The notes beneath the pieces are model-generated. The model worked only from the letters and a program-made list of their open reading frames with translations. It made no database searches and was not told the origin of the DNA. The position numbers were made by a program, and so were the translations under genes. From Mycoplasmoides pneumoniae FH (lineage in GTDB: Bacteria > Bacillota_I > Bacilli_A > Mycoplasmatales > Mycoplasmoidaceae), in assembly GCF_001272835.1 (NCBI RefSeq), contig NZ_CP010546.1, positions 150,001-182,000 of the forward strand: a DNA stretch of 32,000 bases. Direction: 5' to 3'. Positions 21,087 through 29,323 of this stretch are shown here, one piece after another. Every line of letters starts with the position of its first letter. Within the stretch, counting starts at the first letter, position 1.

Positions 21087-21145
21087 ATTTGTCTAAGCGA
21101 GCTTCCATTGAATCAAGTCGTTTGTGAATAGCATTAAAACCTTAG
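20480..21145 (+). pseudogene. P1-like C-terminal-region fragment ORF
   Basis: [23 protein letters not shown]...[24 protein letters not shown]; probably a silent fragment. Confidence 0.5.
21089..21125 (-). repeat. Short antisense RepMP1/DUF16 3'-end fragment joined to the RepMP2/3 copy
   Basis: TTGTCTAAGCGAGCTTCCATTGAATCAAGTCG resembles TTGTCTAAGCGAGTTTCCATTGAATCCAAGCG at 26802-26833, the antisense 3' end of the DUF16 gene. Confidence 0.65.
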
Positions 21146-21602
21146 CTAACGCTAACTTTGGGCGATTTAATCCACTTAGTTTTGAACTCCTTAAATTTGT
21201 GTTTTTCTTGACTTTGCTAAAAAAACAATTCAAAGAGGCTTGCAATGAACAGGTCAGCACTGCTAAATTGGTGAGTGCAAGAACTAAATAAAAGTAATTA
21301 TTTTGTAATTTTTCGGCGGTCTTGCCATACATCAATTAAATGCTTGATCAAAACCAAGGTGTCAAAATTTAGTGCACAATTGCTAAGAGCGCCTGTATAT
21401 TTAGAGTAAAACTACTTAAATTGCTAAAAATTAACCGTTTTTGAATTAGTTTTAGGGTCAAAATTAGGCCAATTTCCCGCTTTCTTTTTTTAAAAAATCT
21501 CTACTTTTTACCCCCTAAATAACCTAACAACTACACAATTAATTCCCAATTAATGTAAATTTATCTAAATTGTTCACCGTAGTTAGTTCAATTTAGGTAA
21601 AG

Positions 21603-22508
21603 ATGAAAGGGTTTTCTTGCTCCAGACCGGGCTATCTTACTGGTCTCTTGCTCCTCGCTGTAGCCCCTATTCTCACTGCTTGTACCCGCGACTATACTAC
21701 CAAGAACGAATTTCAATTAACAACAGCTCAACAGGCCAAATTAAAGCCAGCCACCATCGAATATTGGCGTGATGGTGATACGCCTGAGATCAATTACGCA
21801 AGCGAAGAGCGCCGAAAGGAAGCTGAACAAAAATCTAAAGAAAACGCTAAGAAAGAAGACAAAAAAGAGGAAAAGAAAACTGAAGATTCCCAAGATTCTT
21901 CTTCTGCATCCACGCAAGTTCGTAGTAGTAAACACGGTCTCCGCATCTATGGAATAGATACACCCGAAAAACATGTAAGTAGCAAAGGCGATAGCACCGG
22001 TGATGAAAAAATCGAAGCCGAAAAGGCCTCTAACTATGCTGAAAAGCTAATCCCTAAAGGCAGTACTGTTTGGGTTTGATCACTCAACACTTACAGCTAT
22101 GATCGTGAAGTGGGCGCTTTATTCTTTAAGTCTAACCCTAAGCAAACCTTCTTCCAATCCTTTGAAGTAGCTATGGTTGAGGCTGGTCATGCTATTCCAA
22201 TTGCTGGGACTGGTTTAAATTTAATCGCTGATCCGGAATTAAGTGCTGATGATCCTTTAAGTGTCATTGGTCTACAGTTAGCCAACGCTGCCAATAAGGC
22301 TTACAACGCTAAAATTAACATTTGGAGCCATGACACTGATGGTTATCGTTCCTTGACTGCTGTTTACAAGTTAAGGGGCGCTGATATTAGTTGAACCCGT
22401 TTCCTAGATGAAGCCAATGGATATTCCTCTGCTAGTGCTGGAACCGGTGCTAGTTTGTACCAACTCTGAGATCAACGTCAAGCCAAATTAGCCCAAAAGG
22501 GTAGTTAA
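21603..22508 (+). CDS. Surface nuclease lipoprotein (SNase-like), Glu/Lys/Ser-rich insertion
   Basis: Lipobox-like LLLLAVAPILTAC; YWRDGDTPEINYASEE...GLRIYGIDTPE...YAEKLIPKGSTVWVWSLNTYSYDREVGALFF; recognised as the M. pneumoniae Mpn133-type nuclease. Confidence 0.9.
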
Positions 22509-22531
22509 TGAAAGCAGTTTAAATCAGCAAT

Positions 22532-24292
22532 ATGGAAAAGATACAAGCGGAAAAATCCCAAAGTGCAATTGAGTTTAAGAATATTGTAGTCGACTTTGGT
22601 GAGTCAATCGCAATTGATAACATTAACCTCACGGTTAAAAAGAAGGAGTTAGTTACCTTACTAGGTCCTTCTGGGTGTGGGAAAACAACTTCGCTTTCCG
22701 TGATTGCGGGTCTTATCGCCCCTACTAGTGGTCAGGTTTTATTTAATGGTTATGATGTCACAAAAAAGCCACCACAACAACGCAAACTGGGATTAGTGTT
22801 CCAAAACTATGCCTTGTATCCGCACATGAGTGTGTTTGAAAACATTGTCTTCCCACTCTACAGTGATACGTCTTGACGCGAAGCCATCTTTGAAAAAAAT
22901 ACCTGAGCGCAACACGACATTAATTGCTTGATCTTAAAGGCTAATGGTGCTACTAGTGAGGAGCTGGCAGAGCTCAATCGTTTAATGCAACAACGAATCG
23001 ATGAGCCCAAACGAATGGCTTACCAGATTAATGATTTGATGGTAAGTGTGTTTCAAAAACAGAGTGAACTGGAAGCTAACCTAAAGTTAATTCCCCGCAA
23101 AAAACAGTTTGCCATTATTTCACTCAGCAAGGAAACACTAAGTCAAATAAGGGATGTTGAAACTAAAGCCAAGGCTGCATTGGAAACCGCTGATAGTGCT
23201 GAAGTGGAGCAGACCATTAAGAGTGAACTTAAGCAAAAACTAAGTGAAATTAAGGCTAATTACCACGATGAAAAGGCCAACATTAAAGCTTACTGATGGG
23301 AAATGTTGGCCAATATTAAGACCGAATTAAAAACCGAAAAAACTGCCATTAAGCAAACTAATGACTATGCCAAATTGAAGGAATTGAAGTGAAAGATCCA
23401 CTTTGAACCCTTGAATTTAAAGAAGCAGTACCGCAGTTACTTTAAACAACTAAAAGCCAAATACAGCTTAAAAGATGGCAATTTAACTGAAAGCGAATTA
23501 AGTCAAATTGAGGAGTTGCAAAAACGGATTGTTTCGCTCAAAGATTTCATTAACCGCACTGCTAAAGAAGTAGCTGAAAAACTGGAAATTACTAAGATTC
23601 TCCACAAGCGCCCCGCTAATATTTCTGGGGGTCAACAACAACGGGTAGCTATTGCTAGAGCAATTGTTAGAAGACCTAAGGTTCTACTTATGGACGAACC
23701 GTTGTCCAACTTAGATGCGAAGTTGCGGGTACAAACACGGCAATGGATCCGTAAGTTCCAGCAAGACCTGCAAATTACTACTGTCTTTGTGACTCACGAT
23801 CAGGAAGAGGCAATGAGTATTAGCGACACGATTGTCTGCATGTCAACTGGTAAGGTACAGCAAATAGGCTCCCCTTCCGAGTTGTACTTAAAACCGGCCA
23901 ATGAGTTCGTTGCTACCTTTTTGGGTAGCCCGGAAATGAATATCGTCAACGCTACGGTTAAAGCTGGACAGCTGTTGTGAAACGAAAGTCCCCTAGTTAA
24001 AACAAAGTTTGATTTACCTGATGGTGCCATTCGGGTTGGTTTCCGTTATGATGAGGTAACGGCTCCCAAAAACGATGGTAGTCCCGTATTTAGCGGTACC
24101 CTTATAAGTGTGGAAAACCTAGGGAAACACATGGTTGGGGTTGTGGAGAGCAATGGGGTACAGCTCAATGTGCGCTTAGAATTGAGCCACCAGTTTGAAG
24201 TAGGTAATGCAGTTAAGTTTACGATTAAGCCTAATGGCTTACACTTCTTTGATCCCCAAACAACGCAACGGGTGGAGGTAAAACATGTTTAA
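22532..24292 (+). CDS. ugpC: ABC transporter ATP-binding protein (UgpC/MalK type) with a large insertion
   Basis: Walker A LLGPSGCGKTTSLSVIAGL, Q-loop LVFQNYALYPHMSVFEN, signature NISGGQQQRVAIARA, Walker B KVLLMDEPLSNLDAKLR; 586 codons with TGA=Trp. Confidence 0.88.
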
Positions 24293-25274
24293 GTGATTGT
24301 TAAAGCACCGCTCTAAACCAACGCCATTGGAGCTGGGAATCTTTGACCAAAAGGTTTCCTTTTGAAAACCATTTTTGCTGTTTTGCCCAGCTTTATTAAC
24401 TACCTTTCTCTTTACTTTAGTACCGTTCTTCCTTACGTTACAGAAAGGGTTTAGTCACAATGAGGACATCTACCGGGTTGATTCCCAACAGTTTGGCTTT
24501 CAAACTTTCGCTAACCTTTTTAGTGAGTCCAACTTTATTTTGGGCTTGCGCAATTCCTTTTTGTACTCGATTATTTCCCTACCACTGACAATTGTGCTAG
24601 CAATTATTATTTCTAGTGCCATTGTCTTTGTGTACCGGAAGTTAGCACGGGGCTTTTGACAAACAGTATTCTTTTTACCCTATGTAACTTCCGGAGTAGC
24701 GGTTTCGATTGCTTTTATTTATATTTTGGACTCCTCTTCGGGAATCTTAAACAACATCTTTCATGTCAACATTAAGTGGTTAGATTCGGGGGAACGTGAT
24801 ACCTTTAATGCCTTATGGGGAATTCTTATCTTTGGAATTTGGAAGAACATGGCTTTTAATGTGCTGGTAATATCAACCGCCATGTTAAGTGTGGATCCTA
24901 CTTTATATAAGGTAGCTAACTTAGATGGTGCAAAACCAATTAGGCAGTTCTTTAAGATTACCTTACCTTCAATCCGCCCAACCTTAATTTTCCTGTTGAC
25001 CCTGTTAATTTTGGGCGGAATGCAGGTGTTTCCAATTTCGTTGTTTAACGGGAATGATAGTGAAGCTGTAACCAATGGGGGTTCGACCATCTTGCTTTAC
25101 ATCTTCCAAAAGATTCGTGATCAGAATAACAATTTTGCTGGTGCTGCTACCTTGGTGTTGTTCATCTTGGGGGTTTGTTATGGGTTAGTGTTGCGCAATG
25201 GTTTTCGCTTAATTGAATGAGCGCAGTGAAAGATAAAGAGACATTATGTTCAAACAAAGCTTAATCTGGTATAA
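24285..25274 (+). CDS. ugpA: ABC transporter permease (UgpA/MalF type)
   Basis: MFKWLLKHRSKPTPLELG...multiple TM segments and ANLDGAKPIRQFFKITLPSIRPT EAA loop; 329 aa through several TGA; 8-nt overlap with the upstream gene. Confidence 0.85.
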
Positions 25275-26205
25275 CCGTTACGTCCAAAAACGGAAGAAGG
25301 GTTTAGATCTCACCATTAAAGATCGATCTTGATCGAATGTATTGTTGGGTTTAATCTTTAAAACGGTGGTGTTGTGCTTCTTTGGTTTAATGGTCATCTT
25401 TCCCTTTTATTTGATGCTGGTGGTAGCACTCACCAGTGATGAAGTGGTCTTAAACATTCGTGAACCAATTCTCAAATCCGATGGGTGGCACTTCGAGAAC
25501 TTCCGCCGTGTTTTGGAAGATGGTAAATACCTTAATGCCATTTGGATTAACAGCTTAGTAACAATTTTGTCGATTATCCTACGGCTTTTCTTTACCGTTA
25601 GCATGGGCTATGCCTTTTCGTTAAAAAAGTGAAAGCTCAAGAAGCTGTTTTGGTTTATCTTTTTGGCAGTGTTAATTTTACCCGAATCGGCCTTGCTAAT
25701 TGGTCAGTATCGTGTGGTGGTAGTTGCCAATTGAAATCAACCAGAAAAACCAGCGATTATCTTGGGCTTAACAATGCCATTTGTCGCTTCTGTGTTCTCT
25801 GGGTTTATGTTCCGTACTGCCTTTGAAGCAATTCCACCACGAATTAAAGAATCGGCCTTTGTTGATGGTTGTACAGGGTTGAGGTACTTCCTCAAAATTG
25901 CCTTTCCAATGGTACGTAGTACCACTTGAACGGTAAGTATTTTAACGGCCTTTGCGGCGTGAAATTCTTACTTATGACCGTTATTGTTACTAACAAACAG
26001 ACCCGATCTCAACATTAACCTGTGGGTGTTGGCGCAAGGGACTGATGGCAATGCCGGGCAAAGTGACGAACAAATCCGGGTGTTGTTGAATTTAAAGATG
26101 GCAGCAGCCATTTTAGCAATTCTGCCAATGTTTATTGTTTACTTCTTGTTTAGGAAAAGGATTATGAAAGCCGTGGGATCACGTGCCAATACGATTAAAG
26201 GATAG
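25246..26205 (+). CDS. ugpE: ABC transporter permease (UgpE/MalG type)
   Basis: MFKQSLIWYNRYVQKRKKGLDLTIKDRSWSNVLLGLIFKTVVL...ESAFVDGCTGLRYFLKIAFPMVRSTTW EAA loop; 319 aa; 29-nt overlap with the upstream gene. Confidence 0.85.
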
Positions 26206-26207
26206 TT

Positions 26208-26366
26208 ATGGACAGCTTAAAGCATTTTTGACAACAACTAGTAATGTGATCAAAAACTGTTACCTTTTGAATCATAGTAGCAGTAGGGATTGCTTTTTGT
26301 GCCTTTGCCATTTGGGGCATTATTGCTTGCATTGAAACGATTATCAAAGAAGGGGCGTTGTTGTAA
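26208..26366 (+). CDS. Small single-pass membrane protein
   Basis: Only visible with UGA=Trp: MDSLKHFWQQLVMWSKTVTFWIIVAVGIAFCAFAIWGIIACIETIIKEGALL*; starts 3 nt after the ugpE stop. Confidence 0.55.
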
Positions 26367-26617
26367 GTTAGCTTTCTTAGCTTTTTTATAAAAACACCAG
26401 ATTGATATTTAGCCTTTTTGAGTTAGCTGTTCTCACTGCTTTTGGCGGTTGCTATACAGAATGAAGGTCGTTTGTAAAGGAACGTAAACTTTGCTAACTT
26501 AAAGATCTCTTTTTGGGTTTTAGGTGTTTTATTTTTGTTACATAAAATGAAGAAAAGGTTAGGAAACTACTTGCAATCAAAAAAAGCGTTTTAGGTAAAA
26601 AAAGTGCTTTGTTTCAT

Positions 26618-26645
26618 AACCACCCTTCGAGGTGGTTTTTTATTT
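26618..26645 (+). terminator. Intrinsic terminator after the ABC operon region
   Basis: AACCACC-CTTCGA-GGTGGTT followed by TTTTTAT. Confidence 0.75.
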
Positions 26646-26782
26646 GTTTTATAGCTTTGTATACGAATTCACTCTATAGATATAGGGTGCTTTTATTTTC
26701 TGGCAAGCTGAAAAGGGTAAAAAATACCAAAAGTTAGCAGTTAAGAAACCACTAAGAATTGGTATTTTGGTTTTACTAAATA

Positions 26783-27358
26783 CTATTTGGGTGGATCGAT
26801 TTTGTCTAAGCGAGTTTCCATTGAATCCAAGCGATTTTCCATAGAGTCTAAACGTCCTTCAACAGAATCAAGGCAACCTTCTATTGAATCCAAGCGATTT
26901 TCCATAGAATCAAGACGACTATCCATAGAGTCTAGACGACCTTCAATAGAGTCGAAGCGTTTATTGGTGGATTCTATACTTTCAACCAAAAGGTTTTCCA
27001 AACGATCCATGCGGGCGTTAAACTCTTGTCTTTGCGCTTTTTGCTCCACTTGAAGTTCTCTAATTTGCTCGCCCTGGATTCTTATTTGTTCACCTTGGGC
27101 AGCCAAAGTGGTTTCAATCTTTATGAGTCGTTGGTCGTTTGAGTCTTTGTACTCGTTAAACTCTTTGCGCGTTACGTATTCCGTGTTCACTGGTATAACC
27201 GGTTTGTTAAGTTTAAATTGTCTATTGAAATTGCCAGAGAATTCCACACTTTTGTTTTCTGGATTAATGATGTATCAGCCCGAAAAAGTGCCCTTTTTGG
27301 TCTTTTTCATCATCTCGTTAAATTCCTTTTCGTTATAAAACGGAATTTTCTCTTTCAT
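26783..27358 (-). CDS. DUF16/UPF0134 family coiled-coil protein
   Basis: [92 protein letters not shown]...RLDKIDPPK*; 191 aa through TGA. Confidence 0.85.
26813..26959 (-). repeat. Tandem 21-bp heptad repeat, 7 units
   Basis: [49 protein letters not shown]; 147 nt = 7 x 21. Confidence 0.85.
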
Positions 27359-27474
27359 TAATAAGCGACTCCTTTCTTTTCAGTGAAATTTAAAAAGTAA
27401 CTACTACTTGCAACTCAGTTGCCAACAGGGATCAGACCATTTACTGATCAATTTAAAAAATAAAAGATTTGCAT
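27358..27474 (-). promoter_or_regulatory. Leader ORF copy C (38 aa)
   Basis: TTTAGTGGAGGAGCAAAATG on minus strand; MQIFYFLNWSVNGLIPVGNWVASSSYFLNFTEKKGVAY*; stop overlaps the DUF16 start (TAATG). Confidence 0.65.
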
Positions 27475-27552
27475 TTTGCTCCTCCACTAAATAAATTGAC
27501 CGGCTTATTGAGAAGTGCCAACAAAATTGCAAAAAATTTCAAATGAATAAAA

Positions 27553-27585
27553 ATACCAATAGCAATTTAGCCATTGGTATTTTTT
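27553..27585 (-). terminator. Hairpin terminator following the 27595-28086 gene
   Basis: + strand ATACCAATAGC (27553-27563) pairs with GCCATTGGTAT (27570-27580); flanked by A-rich and T-rich tracts, so it could act on both strands. Confidence 0.65.
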
Positions 27586-27594
27586 AGTCTACAG

Positions 27595-28086
27595 TTATTT
27601 AGGCGGATCGATTTTGTCTAAACGAGTTTCTATTACGTCGAGGCGTTTACCAAAATCAGTCAAAGTGTTTCCGATTGATTCTAGACTTTTAAGCACAAGA
27701 CTTTCAAAGCGATCCATGCGGGCGTTCATTGCTTCACCCTGGGTTTTGATTTGTTGACTCTGAACCATAACAACTTCAGTTAGTCGATCAACTTTGTCCT
27801 CAACAACTTGAATCCTTTGACCCTGACTCTTTAACTCAGTTTCAATCTTTGTAAGTTTTTGGTCGTTTGAGTCTTTGTACTCGTTAAATTCTTTACGCGT
27901 TACGTATTCTGTGTTCACTGGTATAACTGGTTTGTTAAGTTTAAATTGTCTGTTGAAACTGCCAGAGAATTCCACACTGTTGTTATTTTTATTGATGATG
28001 TATCAACCCGAAAAAGTGCCCTTTTTGGTCTTTTTCACCATGTCATGGAATTCTTTTTCGTTATAAAACGGAATTTTCTCTTTCAT
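27595..28086 (-). CDS. DUF16/UPF0134 family protein lacking the LDSMEN repeat array
   Basis: [106 protein letters not shown]...[16 protein letters not shown]. Confidence 0.85.
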
Positions 28087-28172
28087 TAAGCAATAACTCC
28101 TTTCTGATTAAAGCGGTTCAAAAAACTACTACTTACAACTCTTTGTCATTGGACTTTTCAAAATTTGATCAT
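28086..28172 (-). promoter_or_regulatory. Leader ORF copy D (28 aa, diverged)
   Basis: GTCAATTTAGTTAGTAAGGAGCATTAAAACAATG; MIKFWKVQWQRVVSSSFLNRFNQKGVIA*; stop overlaps the DUF16 start (TAATG). Confidence 0.5.
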
Positions 28173-28336
28173 TGTTTTAATGCTCCTTACTAACTAAATT
28201 GACCCGCTTCATAAAAACTGCCAACCAAGTTCAAAAAAGTTTTTAAGCTATTTTTGCACCAAAATGGCGTTGTCAGTCAAACTACGACAACAACAGTTGC
28301 TGTTTGATTCTTTAAACTTAAACAGAATTAGCACCA

Positions 28337-29311
28337 ATGAATAGCCAAGTACACCGCAAGGGCTCTATTGCAGAAGCAGTTAGTGCCATCCAAGCTCATG
28401 ATAAGATCGTGATCTTCCACCACATTCGTCCTGATGGCGATTGTTTGGGCGCACAACACGGCTTAGCGCGTTTAATCCAAACTAACTTTCCCCACAAGCA
28501 GGTCTTCTGTGTTGGTGATCCCAAACACAACTTTCCCTGATTGGAGATGGTTTTCACTCCAAAGGAACAGATTACCCCGGAGTTAATGCAACAAGCCTTA
28601 GCCGTTATTGTTGATGCCAACTATAAGGAACGGATTGAGTGCCGGGACTTATTAGACCAAAACCAGTTTAAGGCAGTATTGCGGATTGACCACCACCCCA
28701 ATGAGGACGATCTCAATACGACCCATAACTTCGTTGATGCGTCTTACATTGCCGCGGCTGAACAAGTGGTAGATCTAGCGGTGCAGGCCAAATGGAAGCT
28801 TAGCCCCCCAGCGGCTACGGCGCTGTATTTAGGTATTTATACAGATAGTAATAGGTTTCTATATAGTAATACATCATGAAGAACACTATATCTAGGATCT
28901 ATGCTATATAGAGCTCAAGCTAATATAGCTAAGATCCATGATGAGTTAAACCACACTTCCTTAAAGGACATCCAGTTTAAACAATATGTCTTTAAAAACT
29001 TTCAGACCTTTCAGAATGTTATTTACTTTGTGGCCGATAAGAAGTTCCAAAAGAAATTAAAGGTAACACCCTTAGAATGTGCACGGGTAAATATCCTAGC
29101 TAACATTGAACAATTCCACATTTGGCTGTTCTTTATAGAAGAGGGTAAGAACCACTATCGGGTCGAATTCCGTAGTAACGGAATTAACGTACGCGAAGTA
29201 GCTTTAAAGTATGGTGGCGGGGGTCATATTCAGGCCAGCGGTGCAGTTCTTAAAAGCAAGCGCGACATAATTCGTGTAGTTCAAGATTGCCAAAAGCAAA
29301 TTGCTGTATAA
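28337..29311 (+). CDS. mgpA: DHH/DHHA1 family phosphoesterase (nanoRNase-like), P1 operon gene
   Basis: HHIRPDGDCLGAQHGL, VIVDANYKERIE, RIDHHPNEDD, LGIYTDSNRFL, KYGGGGHIQASGA; joined across TGA; directly upstream of P1. Confidence 0.9.
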
Positions 29312-29323
29312 TTTTTAACAACT

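Noticed and set aside
21093-21335. Minus-strand ORF MMYGKTAEKLQNNYFYLVLALTNLAVLTCSLQASLNCFF... resembling a signal sequence.
   Set aside because: It runs antisense into the RepMP2/3 junction with no homology I recognise; too weak to call.
15270-28180. A new defence, toxin-antitoxin or mobile element in the accessory block.
   Set aside because: No transposase, integrase, nuclease/effector pair or terminal inverted repeats seen; content is explained by known RepMP-type repeats and DUF16 paralogs, apart from the leader ORF pattern reported above.
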